Positions 37,744 to 51,584 of a stretch of 64,000 nucleotides of DNA are shown here, piece after piece. The translations under genes and the position numbers were made by a program. Each line of letters opens with the position of its first letter. Positions within the stretch are counted from its first letter, which is position 1. This DNA is from Malacoraja senta (Eukaryota), in contig CM075988.1 in assembly GCA_038087875.1 (NCBI GenBank), positions 24,058,001-24,122,000 on the forward strand, read 5' to 3'. The notes under the pieces are model-generated. The model had not been told where the DNA came from and made no database searches. It worked only from the letters and a program-made list of their open reading frames with translations.

Positions 37744-40323
37744 TTACACAAAACCAGGGACAAATGGATTAGAAACGAGAACTCCAAAACGCTGGAAAAT
37801 TTGGACTTGGAAAATGTATCAAAGTATCAGGGGGCTGTGAAATGGTGAGGAGGACTGGAGAAGATCGGCTACCAGAAGGGAGCGGGCTCAGGGAAAGCGT
37901 GAAGGGTGGTAATTGCATTTTGATGATAGACACAAAAATGCGGCAGAAATACAAAAGTCAGCAGGACAGGCAGCATGTCTGGAGGGAAGGAATGGGTGAC
38001 TTTTCAGGCCCAGACCCTTCTTCAGACCAGACCCGAAACTCCACCCATATTCCGCCTCCCAGAGATGCTGCCGTCCAGCTGAGTTACTCCAGCAGTTTGT
38101 GTTTAAGAAGAAACTGCAGATGCTGGAAAAATCGAAGGTAGATACAAATGCTGGAGAAGGAACAGGTGATGTTTCGGGTCAAGACCCTTCTTCAGACTCA
38201 AGAAGGGTCTGAAAATGGGTCAAGACCCAAAACGTCACCTATTCCTTTCGCTCCATAGATGCTGCCTGACCCGCTGAGTTTCTCCAGCATTTTTATCTAC
38301 CAGCATTTTGTGTCTATCTTCGGGGCAAACTGGAATTCCTACATCTTACATAGTGATGTTGTAGTGAAAAGATTGTGAATACTTCTGCGTTGTTCCAGCA
38401 AGGAGCATAATGAGTTATAATGGGCCAACTGGGCACCTCCTGTATACAACAAAACTGTTGGAGGAACTCAGTCATTCCGGTGGTGAGACCCTTTCTCGTC
38501 TGCTCCTCGTTTGAAATTCCTACTGTCCCTCGAGTCTCCTCGTGTGTTGGGTCATTGTCAAGCTGCTGACGTCTTGACCCTCTCAAATTAGCGAGAGGGT
38601 CTCAGAAATGGGCTGAGATTCTTTCCCTGTGTCTCTCACATGGAGGACCATGGGGGACCTTCCAACGGGTTCGCTCAGGATGAAAGCATCGTCCAATGAA
38701 TCCTTCAGAGGAGAAGAATCTTTCAATGCGTTCCTTAGGAAGGATTTTCAATACATTCTTTTGAGAATGTTCACCTCTCACCTAGTTTCTTACTGAGTTT
38801 AATTTAGTTTATATTAGAGATACAGCATGGAAAACAGGCCCTTCGGCCCATCGAGACCACGTTGACCAGCCATCCCCGCACACTTACACTTTACCCTGCA
38901 CACATTAAGAACAATTTACACGTATGCCAAGCCAATTAAGACGTACGAACCTGTACGTCTTTGGAGTGTGGGAGGACACTGGAGATCCCGGTGAAAACCC
39001 ACGCAGGTCACGGGGGAGAACGTGCAAAACTCCGTACAGACAGCACCCGTAGTCAGGATCGAACCCGGGTCTCTGGCGCTGCGCCACCGGTGCCGCCCAC
39101 AGTTATTCTGTGAGACACGGAGCATCTTTCAATGGGCCCCTCAAAGGATGAGATTTGTTCAATATATCTGTTATGATCTGAGGGTCAATTCAATCGATCT
39201 CTCAGCGTTGTGCGGATTTAGATTCCTCACAGAGCCTCCAATGCCTCTTACGTGAATGCCTGAAGCTGGCCAAAGATTCTCATTCCCACCTCACTGGCCT
39301 TGTTTTACAGAACAAAGCATTAAGAAAAAAATAATAATAAATGCAAAGAAATAAAGTGGGCAAACAATGTGCCTGATAACTGAGGATAAAGATTTGAGCC
39401 TTTAGTTTGCAAGAACTGTTCCAGTTCAAAGCTTTAAATCTTCAAATTGGAGATTAGCTTCAATCAGTGGGGCAGAAGCCATAATCAAAAGCAATAAGCC
39501 CTGAAGGCAAAGATGAAAGCTGGACATGGATAAAACGACCAGAAATGGAATTTAATAATCCACAAAAGTAAACAGTCAGCTCTGTGAAAAATAATACAAC
39601 TGCCGCAGCTGGCATTTTTGCGATCCTTAAAGTGGATTAACAGAAATGAATGTCATTCCTAAACCATAACATGATCTCAGTTTCCCATCCACAGGGAGAC
39701 ACCGAAGAGAGACACAAAATGCAGGAGTAACTCAGCGGGACAGGCAGCATCTCTGGAGAGAGGGAACGGGTGACACTTCGGGTTCGAGGCCCTTCCTCAG
39801 CCATTCCTTCTCCGTTTGAAGAAAGGTCTCAACCTGAAACGTCACCCAGCATTTTGTGTCCACCTTCGGTGTGAACCAGCATCTGCAGCTCCTTCCTACA
39901 CAGGGAGACACTGTTCTACAAACATAGCAACACCGCTCGCCGACTCGGGAGTGACCCTCAACCATTCCCCAACCTGTGGCTTAAATCTCCAACCACACAC
40001 AGAAACCAATATTCAGTTTAGTTCATTGTCACCTGTCCCGGGGTGCAGTGAAAAGCTTTTGCTGCGTGCTTATCCAGTCAACGGAAAGACTATAGATGAT
40101 TACAATCAAGCCCCGTTCCTCCAACGTAATAATCCACCGCTCATCCAGTCTCCCCACAACGTAACCCGTTCCCACAACGCAATTTTCCACCACTCACCCA
40201 TAGCCCCCAACCGCGCAGAGGCTGCTCATTTCGCCTTATTCACACTCCCTCATTTTACTCCCTCATAAGATTCTGTACAAATTTCAGTGCTACCGCGCGT
40301 AGCGTTTCGGCAAAGATACAAAA

Positions 40324-40656
40324 ACACATACAGAAAAGACACATACACACACACACACACATACAGACACATACACACACACACACATACAGACACATAC
40401 ACACACACACATAGACACATATACACACACACACACATACACAGACACATACACACACACACATAGACACACACACACACACATACAGACACATACACAC
40501 ACACACATACACACACATACACACACACATACACACACACATACACACACATACAGACACATACACACACACATACAGACACACACAGCACACACACACA
40601 TACAGACACATACACACAACACATACAGACACATACTCACACACACACACACATAC
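40324..40656. repeat. Interrupted (CA)n microsatellite (CATACA/CAGACA variants)
   Basis: Direct inspection. Confidence 0.97.
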
Positions 40657-42145
40657 AAGATGAGAGTTTTATAAGTAATATAGATAGATACATAATAAGC
40701 AAATAACGTTTAGTGCAAGGTAAAGCCAGCAAAGTCCGATCAAAGATAGTCCGAGGATCACCAAGGAGGTAGGTAGTGGTTCAGCACTGTTCACTGGTGA
40801 TAGGATGATTCGGTTGCCCGATAACAGCTGGCAAGTAACTGTCCCTGAATCTGGAGGTGTGCTTTTTCACCCTTCTGTACCTTTTACCCGATAGGAGAGG
40901 GGGAAAGTTCCTACTGTGTGGGAAGGGAACTTTAGATGCTGGTTTACACCGAAGATAGACACAAAGTGCAGGAGTAACTCAGCGGGACAGGCAGCACCCC
41001 TGGAGAGAGGGAATGGGTGATGTTTCGGGTTGACACACTTCAGGATCGAGTCTGAAGAAGGGTCTCGACCCGAAACGTCACCCGTTCCTTCTCTCCAGAG
41101 ATGCTGCCTGACCCGCAGAGTTACTCCAGCTTTTTGTGTTCAACCTCCTACTGGCTTGGCGTGTACCTGCAATTTAAGTCAGGGCTGGGGAAATGGCTCA
41201 AAGAAGAAACAAAATATTTTGTATCTGAATGAACACAGCAGGGATAATAATAATGTTGGGGAATAAATGAGGCGACTACAGATGCATGGGTACATCCTAA
41301 TAACCATTTCAGTGATCTTATCACGCAGTTAGAAATTACACGTTCCAGAATGCTGTTCGAGGTAGTCAATGTGGAAGAGGTAGCAAGATAACACACAATG
41401 GGATAATTGGACAGGTACAGAGATAGGAACGCTTTAGAGGGATATGGGCCAAATGAGAGCAGGTAGGACCATTGTAGATGGGGCACCTTGGTCAGCTCGG
41501 CCAAGCTGGGGCTGAAATGCTGTTTCCGTGCTATAAAACTCCACGACTATGACTCTATAAAGGGGTCATGGGGAGAAGGTAGGAAAATGGAGTTAGGAGG
41601 GGGATGAGGGGGGGATTTTATAGAAACATATAAAATTATAAAAGGACTGGACAAGCTAGATGCAGGAAAAATGTTCCCAATGTTGGGGCGAGTCCAGAAC
41701 CAGGGGCCACAGTCTTAGAATAAAAAGGAGGCCATTTAAGACTGAGGTGAGAAAAAAACGTTTTTCACCCAGAGAGTTGTGAATTTGTGGAATTCCCTGC
41801 CACAGTGGAGGCCAAATCACTGGATGGATTTAAGAGAGAGTTAGATAGAGCTCTAGGGGCTATGGGGAGAAGGCAGGCATGGGTTATTGATTGGGGACAA
41901 TCAGCCATGATCACAATGAATGGCGGTGCTGGCTCGAAGGGCCGAATGGGCCTCCTCCTGCAATTATTTTCTATGTTTCTATGGGAGAGATAGATTAGCC
42001 ATGATACATATATACATAGATACATAGACAATAGGTGCAGGAGGAGGCCATTCGACCCTTCGAGCCAGCACCACCACTCACCGGGATCATGGCTGATCAT
42101 CCACACTCAGTACCCCGTTCCTGCCTTCTCCCACATCCCTTGATT

Positions 42146-42345
42146 NNNNNNNNNNNNNNNNNNNNNNNNNNNNNNNNNNNNNNNNNNNNNNNNNNNNNNN
42201 NNNNNNNNNNNNNNNNNNNNNNNNNNNNNNNNNNNNNNNNNNNNNNNNNNNNNNNNNNNNNNNNNNNNNNNNNNNNNNNNNNNNNNNNNNNNNNNNNNNN
42301 NNNNNNNNNNNNNNNNNNNNNNNNNNNNNNNNNNNNNNNNNNNNN
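42146..42345. other. Assembly gap (200 N)
   Basis: Run of N. Confidence 1.
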
Positions 42346-42546
42346 CATTGATTGTTCCACCTTCAAGTAACCCGTGCATCCCCTCTCTCTCCATCCCTCC
42401 CCCACCTAGTGGTTGTACTAGTTTCACTGTCGACATGGTGAGTTTAGTTGTCAGTACAACTTATTTTCACCTGGGCCACAGCTAACAAAGGACTGTTTTC
42501 TTTATCATCATTACTTTTTTGCATATCTTTCATTCATTTGTTCTAT

Positions 42547-42680
42547 GGGGTGGGAGATGCAGCCTTCACGCGATCCGTCCTGTTTCGACCAATGCAATCA
42601 TCCCGGCGTGCACAATCTAATAATATCAAATAGAACAAGTTGTCCAACAACTTTAGGCTGTGCACGCCATACACAAGAAG
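42547..42680 (+). mobile_element. HDV-like-ribozyme-headed short retroposon (copy 2)
   Basis: TSD ATTTGTTCTAT at 42536-42546 and 42681-42691. Same 5' start GGGGTGG. Tail CCATACACAAGAAG. Inserted in a Penelope-like 3' region. Confidence 0.85.
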
Positions 42681-44291
42681 ATTTGTTCTATATCTTTCAT
42701 TTCCCTTTCCTCTGACTCTCAGACTGAAGAAGGGTGTCGACCCGAAACGTCACCTATTCCTTTTCTCCAGAGGTGCTGCCTGTCCCGCTGAGTTACTCCA
42801 GCTTTTAGTGCCGAGGTAAATGACAGGGTTCCGTCCTTGAGAAGTGTTGGGGACTTAAACAGTTGGTAAGTTGGAAATGAGGGACAGAGAGTGGGAGAGG
42901 GTCACAGCGACGGGGGTGACGGGAGAGCGAGGAGGGGCCGAGTGGCCACAAGCCGGTCTCAGTGACTCGGTGAGTTAGTGGCCGAGTCTGCTCGGCGCCT
43001 CCTGCTGGCCACGGCTCCACCCCCCCCCCCCCCCCACCCAACACATTCCAGGGAAAGAGTGGGGCCAGGGGAACTGCGCATTCCCACCCACCCTGCAGAA
43101 GATGCCTGCAGTTCCACAGCACCGGCACATCCACCATCCTCCACACCCCCCCACTGGTCTCCCAAACGAACGCTCGTATCCACGGGCTGACCCGCTACTT
43201 CTGATAACTATTACAATCTTTACTCAGAGGGTGGTGAATCTGTGGAATTCTCTGCCACAGAAGGCTGTGGAGGCCAAGTCAGTGGATATTTTTACGGCAG
43301 AGATGGACAGATTCTTGATTAGTACGGGTGTCAGGAGTAATGGCAGGAGAATGGGGTTCGGAGGGAAAGATAGATCAGCCATGATTGAATGGCGGAGTAG
43401 CCTCCAGAGGGCGGTGGAGGCAGGTTCTCTGGATGCTTTCAAGAGAGAGCTAGATAGGGCTCTTAAAAATAGCGGAGTCAGGGGATATGGGGAGAAGGCA
43501 GGAACGGGGTACTGATTGGGGATGATCAGCATTGAATGGCGGTGCTGGCTCGAAGGGCCAAATGGCCTTCTCCTGCACCTATTGTCTATTGTCTATTGTC
43601 TATAGACGTGATGGGCCGAATGGCCTGATTCTTCTCCTATCACTAAGGAACATGAATTACGGATGGGGTAATAGAGAGAGTGATAGCTGCAGCTTTATAG
43701 ATGTGTATTCAGGTGAATGGAAGCACGTTTCCATTAGATAAAAGTATGGGGGCACTCCATAAAGCCATGTTTCATCTTTCAAAGTGCAGCCATGTGGGAT
43801 TTGAATGAAAACCTGCATGATTTATCTTACAGGCACACGCAGCTGATAGGAATATTGTCCGCTCACAGTTCTGAGACAAGAGCTAGTTAGCAGCGATCTG
43901 CTGGGATCTGAGAAACTCACAAACAAGGTAATGGATTATGTCACAGCCCCCATCGATCACACAGCCTTATCTCCAGAGCTCTGTGTTCCATGACCTACAT
44001 GAGATACAGGTCAGCTCCAACGTGCTCCTGGTGGAGGCCATTCAGTCTCCTGAGTTTCTCTCCCCCTTCAATTAGATCACAGCTCTCTTGTATTTTTAAA
44101 ACCCAGCCCCACTTTGCTTCCACCAGCCTTAATATTCCTACCTTAAGACCTTTAGAGATACAGCATAGAAACAGGCCTTCGGGCCACCGAGTCCGCGTCC
44201 GACCAGCGATCATCCCATACACTAACACTATCCTACACACTAGGGCCAATTTAACAACTTTACCAAAGCTAATTAACCTACAAACCCGTAA

Positions 44292-46445
44292 AAGGGCTGT
44301 CTCACTGTGCGAGTTGACCCACGAGTGACCCCGAGTGAAAGACTCGTGGTTGCGTACGAGACTACAAGTTTATGATCCAGAGTTTAACCGAGTTCCCACG
44401 GGTATGTCTAAGTTTGCCGTTTACCTTCTCATTTCTGCGATGTTCCAAGTTCGTCTCCCGAGTGTACCAAGTTCCTCTCCCGTTAATCTTGAGGCAACAA
44501 TGTATATCGACATGTTTAAAAATCATCACATTTTAACATACTATAAAAAGCCTGCCTTGTTTAAATTGGCTCATTTGGAGAAAATGTTTGCAAGAAGGCT
44601 ATTGGAGTCCAGGTTGGAGCTTCGACTCTGACTCCGCGGTTTTTTCGACCCAGCGCCGCCCCGCCCAGCGGCGGGACGCCCTCAGACCGCAGACCGCAGA
44701 CCGCAGACCGCAGACCGCGGCTGCTTGATGTTGGTGGTCGGCGGTCACAGCACTCCGGAGCGGCGACCCGGCAAGGCATCCGTGCATCAGAGGGATAACG
44801 GAACTAATCTCCCAGGTCTGTCCCTTCATCAAATGGCGAATCTGCTCCACTAAGACGGCCGTCTCCATATTCAGATTGCAAAGCAGCTAACGCAGCAGGC
44901 TGCAGCTCTGCATAACTGAGTGGTGATGGGTGGTGTAAAAGATTGTGATTATGGTCATGTTAAGAATTAAAAGTCATAAAATCAACGTGTGAAATGTGAT
45001 TCTTATTTTTCAAAGTCTCTCATAGGAAACAATGAGCGTATAGAGCCCAGGGAGAGGGGGAGAAAGGGACGTACACTCACAGAGGCAGAGTCTCTCAGCC
45101 TGTGTGAGAGGGAAGGAGGGAGAGAGACACACACACACAAGGTGGATGTGAAATCTCACCTACCTGTTTCAGTGACAGGCACCCGCAGCCAGTGAATGAA
45201 GACACCCCCATCTGTCTCCCCCTCCTCTCCCTCCACTCTCCACTCCTCCACCTCTCTCCTCCACCCCACCCACCTCACCCCCCTCACCCCCCCTCCCCCA
45301 ATTTGGAAATGTCATCCCATCACCCATTCCTTCTCTCCAGAGATGCTGCCTGCCCTCTGAGTTAAAGAGTTCCCACTTGCAGCAGCATAATAGGCCAGTA
45401 AACACAATACTTATAGATAATATACTAAACAAAGAAAATATATATTAAAAAATACAGTATTATTGCAAAAATCCCAAAGTCCTTAGTGCAACCAAGGCAG
45501 TTTGTAGTTCATAGTTTAGTTAGCATTTGTAGCGTTCAAGAGCCCGATGGTTGTTGGGAAGAAGCTGTTCTTGAACCTGGAGGTCATGGTTTTCAGATTC
45601 TTATACCTTCTGCTCAGCAGGAATGAAATGAGAGCATGGCCAGGGTAGTGTGGGTCCATGACAATGCTGGCTGCCTTTTTTTGAGGCAGCACCTCATATA
45701 GAACCCTTTGATTCAGTAAAGTTCAGTAAAGAGATCGGGAATCTGGCATCATGGCTTGAGAATAAAACCCAGCCTTTAACATCCGCATAATGAAAGAGTT
45801 GGTGTTGTCCTACGGAACAGGGGTGCAGGAGAGGTGAACACAACCCTGTCTTCTTCAACAGCACTGGTAGAGATGGCTTCTGGACGTGACTGGCAAACCT
45901 CAGATTAGGCTGCCATGAAGTGTCATAAAATGTTCTCACGCTGTTCCTCAATACTGGTTTGTCTTAAGGTTGTGAGCTCAGTCCCAAATACACAAAATCT
46001 ATATATAAACTTCAAGCGATTTTTTCTTTTCAACCCACTCTGTCACCTTATCAATAACTTTTACTTTGTTAAGCAGAATTTGTCTTTAAAAAGTCTAAGT
46101 AACTGATATTTCTGTCCCTGATTATTGTTTCTAAAAAGAGTTCCCACGGTAGAATCACGAGTCACAAAGGTAAACGCACGGGCCGCTACGTTCTTACAAC
46201 GAGTTGAAATGTTTCAAATTTTAACCTCAAGAGTACATTTTACTCGTGGAAAAGTTCAAACATGTTTGAACTTTTGCAAGAGTTAACAAGTTTCACGGGT
46301 ACCTGCCGTTAGCGGCACGAGTCGCTAAGTTGCGTCCACGAGTTCCGACGTTCCCGCTACGTTAATTGTACGTGATTACCACGAGTTAAATTTGTTTTAA
46401 ACTCGGGGTACCTCGTGGGTCAACTCGCACAGTGAGACAGCCCTT
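44292..46445. mobile_element. 2.15-kb non-autonomous PIF/Harbinger-type element inserted in a SINE
   Basis: Perfect 34-bp TIR AAGGGCTGTCTCACTGTGCGAGTTGACCCACGAG; TSD TAA; flanks rejoin into a SINE. Confidence 0.85.
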
Positions 46446-46572
46446 TAAGTCTGTGGAGTGTGGGAGGAAACCGGAGCACCCGGAGAAAACCCACGTGGTC
46501 ACGGGGAGAACGTACAAACTCCATACAGACAGCACCCGTAGTCAGGATCGAACCCGGTCTCAGGCACTGTAA

Positions 46573-46811
46573 AGGGCCTGTCCCACTTTCACGACCTAAT
46601 TCACGACCTTTTTTACTCGTGGATATTTTTCATCAGGCTAGAAAAAACGCCCCGACCTACTTGATGCCACGAGTACCTACGACTAGCATCACAACCTACC
46701 TACGACTTACCTACGACCTCCTACGACCTCGTGACGACCATGCTGCGAGTACGAGTCAAGGGCAAACTCGGCAGAGGTCGTGAATTAGGTGGTGAAAGTG
46801 GGACAGGCCCT
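46573..46811. mobile_element. PIF/Harbinger-type MITE inserted in the same SINE
   Basis: TIR AGGGCCTGTCCCACTTTCAC.ACCTAATTCACGACC; TSD TAA. Confidence 0.85.
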
Positions 46812-49709
46812 TAAGGCAGCAACTCTACCGCTGCGCCACCGTGCCGCCCTTACCTCATAACGTACTGCTCGTTTTAGTCTTGGAAACTTCAATTAACCTG
46901 TCATCAAACCTCTTCTGAAGCAGGGTGCTGACCCAAAATGTCACCTATCCATGTTCCCCAGAGATGCTGCCTGACCTGCTGAGTTACTTCAGCGTTTTGT
47001 GTCTATCTTTGGTATAAACCAGCATCTGCAGTTCCTTTCCATTACATTGGACTCCAGGTGTGGCAGTAAGTTAGAGAGGAAGGCTACAGTACAAAGGAGA
47101 CACAAGGGACCGCAGATGCTGGAATCTTCAGCAAAGACTAAGTGCTGGAATAAATTGGTGGGTCAGGCAGCATATGTGGAGGACATGGATAGATGGCGTT
47201 TTGGATCGGGACTCTTCTTCACTCAGAAGAAGGATCCTGACCTGAGACCAGGCCTAGCCATTCCCTCCACAAATGCTGCCTGGCCCACTGAGTCATTCCG
47301 GCAACTTGTATTCTGTTTGAGTAAGACCACACCATTGGCTTCACCTCAGGAGATGCTTGGTTGGAGGAAGAGTAGGATGCGGGAACACAAAGCCATCATC
47401 CCTGCGTTAAGAGGTGTCTGCGTGAGGTGGACACACAACTTGCATCGGACCCTCCCACCACAGCAGAGGATCATCAGGGGAAGAGAGACTCCATTTGCAG
47501 AGAGGGCAGGATAACCATTGAGTGGGTCACGGAGAGGGCAGAGGTCAGGGGGCAAAGCAACTCAACATCAATCAAATATCCCTGTGCCTTAATTGGCGCA
47601 TGTGACAATAACGAACTTCAATTTTGTCCCTTGAGCACAAAGAGACACTTTCTAAAGATTAAAAATCACTGCCAACATATTGATTAAGGGAAACTGGGTC
47701 AAAGTTCAAAAGTTCTCAGAGCAGAATTAGGCCTTTTGGCCCATTAAGTCTACTCTGCCATTCAATCATGGTTGATCCATCTCTCCCTCTCATCCTCATT
47801 CTCCAGCCTTTTCCCCGTAACTCCCGACACCCGTACTAATCTATCTATCTCCGCCTTAAATATATCCATTGACTTGGCCTCCACAGCTGTGTGTGGCAAT
47901 GAATTCCACAGATTCACCACCCGCTGACTAAAGACATTCCCCCTCGTCTCCTTCATCTGAGTGTGGCCATTTCTAACTCTCTGCTTCGGACCATCACACT
48001 CTTGCCCGAGTCTCCACATGTACATTTACACTCCATTTGTACTTGTAGGTTTACAAGGTTAATTCCCGGGATGGCGGGACTGTCATATGCTGAGAGAATG
48101 GAGCAGCTGGGCTTGTACACTGTGGAGTTTAGAAGGATGAGAGGGTATATCATTGAAACATATAAGATTGTTAAGCGTTTGGACACGCTAGAGGCAGGAA
48201 ACATGTTCCTGATGTTGGGGGGAGTCCAGAACCAGGGGCCACAGTTTAAGAATAAGGAGTAAGCCATTTAGAACGGAGACGAGAAAACACTTTTTCTCAC
48301 AGAGAGTGGTGAGTCTGTGGAATTCTCTGCCTCAGAGGATGGTGGAGGCAGGTTCTCTGGATACTTTCAAGAGAGAGCTAGATAGGGCTCTTAAAAATAG
48401 CGGAGTCAGGGGATATGGGGAGAAGGCAGGAACGGGGTACTGATTGGGGATGATCAGCCATGATCACACTGGCTCGAAGGGCCGAATGGCCTACTCCTGC
48501 ACCTATTGTCTATTGTCTACAAGTTTCAAAGTCGCCTTGTCGAGTCTCATTGTCGGTTACTCGTTTGCACCTAGCCCACAGCTAACAATGGCCCGTTTAC
48601 TTATCATGGTAACTTTTTTGCGCATCTTTCATTCATTTGTTCTATATCCCTCCATACCACCGTCTATATCTCTCGTTTCCCTCTCCCCCTGACTCTCAGT
48701 CTGAAGAAGGGTCTCGACCTGAAACGTCACCTATTCCCTTTCTCCAGAGATGCTGCCTGTCCCACTGAGTTACTCCAGCTCTTTATTTCTGTCTTCATTT
48801 CTTTCCATGCCCAATTCTGCCTCAAATGTCTTCACCTCTCTCTTTAGTCTGACCCCCGAATTCCTCCCTCTCTCAGCTTCTATTAACATCTCCATTTCGC
48901 CATTCCGTATTTCAGACTTTCTTTCTCAATGTGAACATCTCGCTTTCTCTTCTTGTTTTCTTTCATCGGTGTTTAAAAGAGTTGGTCGAAGAATAATTGA
49001 ATTTCCATAACAATTGACTGCCTTACAAAAAAAAAAAAAAAAAATCTGCCGTTGACTGATAAAGACATTGTTTTGGATTCAATTTGTCGAGTTTTAATTA
49101 TAATTCTTCTGTACGTCATCTGCTGAAGCTGATAACAATTTGAACTCTCACGAAACCAACACATCCCTTGGACCGATGGAGCAGGGAGAGATCACACTCT
49201 CGATATCAGAGCTCCGGAGATACTTGCTGGAGGGAAGGAAATTCATTGATGGAGAAAGAACCAATGATGTTGAGTGTGGGCCCAAAACGGGCTGTGAATA
49301 GATGATAGCGTTACATGAGTGTGTGGATGTGTGGGCAAGTCTGCAAAATGGGAGATGGAGTTTCTCCACTGCTCTGCGGTTCCTGAGTTAATTAAACCCA
49401 GCCCTTCAAATTCAGCAGCTTCTGATTGAAGTTATTGCCGCAGTTGCCTCCCAAATGTTTGCTCTGCGGAAGCAATTTTCTTCAACCTTTCAGGCAAAGG
49501 TTGAAGACAATGATTGACTCCTGTGCAGAATGCTGGAGTAACTCAGCGGTCCAGGCAGCATCTCTGCGTAGGTTTAAGGTGAAGGGGGGAAGATTTAATA
49601 GGAATCTGAGGGGTAACTTTTTTACACAAAGGGTGATGGATGTATGGAACGAACGGCCAGAGGAGGTAGTTGAGGCAGGGACTATTGTAACATTTAAGAA
49701 ACAATTAGA

Positions 49710-50128
49710 CAGGAACAACACCTCATATTTCGCTTGGGCAGTTTGCACCCCAGTGGTATGAATATTGACTTCTCTAACTTCAAGGAACCTTTACCTTCCC
49801 TCTCTCTCCATCCCTCCCCCCTTCCCAGTTCTCCGACTAGTCTGACTGTCCTCGTTTACATTTTTATCTCTGTTTGCTTTGTTGTTACCTTCTACGAGCT
49901 AACAATGACCTATTCTACATGCTCCTTGATCTCCATTCCCTTTGTCTAGTTTTCACACCTGGCATTTCCTTACCTCTGCATCTCCCTCTCCCCTAATTCA
50001 GTCTGAACGATCTCGACGCGAAACGTCACCTATTCCTTCTCCCCAGAGATGCAGCCTGTCCCGCTGAGTTACTCCAGGATTTTGTGTCTATCTTCAGTTT
50101 AAACCAGCATCTGCAGTTCCTTCCTACG
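49710..50128 (+). mobile_element. Older Penelope-like 3' fragment with terminal repeat
   Basis: EQHLIFRLGSLHPSGMNIDFSNF, then pyrimidine-rich UTR and terminal repeat. Similar degenerate pieces at ~7440-7560/7965-8440 (+), 18320-18470 (-) and 35685-35900 (-). Confidence 0.75.
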
Positions 50129-51170
50129 CAGGTTTGTAGGTTAATTGGCTTGATATAATTGTAAATTGTCCCTAGTGTGTAGGATTGTGTGCAGGGATCG
50201 CTGGTCGGTGCGGACTTGGAGGGCAGAAGGGCCTGTTTCCGCGCAGTATCTCGAAACTAAACATTAGTTTGACCCCTAGATTTTAAGTTCAAATTTCCTC
50301 CTCCCATGTTGTAGATGTTACCTTTAGTTTAGTTTAGAGATACAGAGCGTAAACAGGCCCTTCGGCCCACTGGGTCCGCGCCGACCAGCGATCCCCGCAC
50401 ATTAACGCTACCCACTAGGGGCAATTTTTACATTTACCAAGCCAATTAACCTACAAACCTGCACGTCTTTGGAATGTGGGAGGAAACCGAAGGTCTCGGA
50501 GAAAACCCACGCAGGTCACGGGGAGAACGTACAAACTCAGTACAGACAGCGCCGGTAGTCAGTATCGAACCAGGGTCTCCGGCGCTGCATTCGCTGTAAG
50601 GCAGCAACTCTACCCGCTGTGCCACCGTGACCGCCTACTGTCAATGAAACTCAAATATCCATATACTCTCTGATTCACTGTTTACTCTTTGATGTGTTAT
50701 TATATGAAGGAACCAGACTTCAAACAGAACCAAACATAAGTTATAATTACATAAAACAGACAGAAATATTGAATCATTCTCCAGTTGGAATTAAACAAGT
50801 TAAACAAAGCACAGAAGGCATTTTACCTTCAGATTAATTCCATTCAAATAGGATCATCTCAGGCTATCCATTGGGAAACGTGTAACATGTCTTATCCACT
50901 TGGATACTTTCAACAGAGCTGCCATTGGTGGTTCCACTCGTGGGAGAGTCTAGGACTAGAGGTCACAGCCTCAGAATTAAAGGATGTTCAATTAGGATGG
51001 AGATGAGGAGGAATTTTTTTAGTCAGAGGGTGGTGAATCATTGAAATTCATTGCCACAGACGGCTGTGGAGGCCAAGTCAATGGATATATTTAAGGGAGA
51101 GATAGATAGATTCTTGATTAGTACGGGTGTCAGGGCTTATGGGGAGAAGGCAGGAGAATGGGGTTAGGAG

Positions 51171-51584
51171 GTCACAGGTGGGTGACCTGTTTTTCTGGAG
51201 CTCCCGCAACTACAGCTGCGTCTGCTGGAGTGGAGGGCGGCAGCTTCGACCACCCCGGGCCGCGGAGTTTGAACCGGCCCGTCGCGGATGGAGCACGGAT
51301 TCAGCCGCGGGACTGACTTACCATCACCCGGCGGGGTCACAACGTCAGAAGCCTGGATCGCCTCAGCGCAGAGGGAGAACAAAGAGGGAAGAGACAGAGA
51401 CTTTAAGACTTTTGCCTCCATCACAGTGAGGAGCTGCCTGGTGAACTCACTGTGGTGGATGTTAATTTGTGTTTATTGTGTGTTTTGTTATTTATTATAT
51501 GTATGACTGCAGGCAACGAAGTTTCGTTCAGACCAAAAGGTCTGAATGACAATAAAGGAATCTAATCTAATCTAATCTAATCTA
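51171..51584 (+). mobile_element. SINE-like element with GC-rich head and Rex1/Babar-type tail
   Basis: CACAGTG..CACTGTG hairpin, GACAATAAA and a (AATCT)n tail. Relatives at ~7630-7965(+), 5120-5300(-), 28630-28810(+) and 53310-53470(+). Confidence 0.6.

Noticed and set aside
44599..44868. ORF METAVLVEQIRHLMK... as a Harbinger Myb-like protein remnant
   Set aside because: Only a vague resemblance; it lacks recognisable conserved Trp/helix motifs and runs into a tandem repeat.
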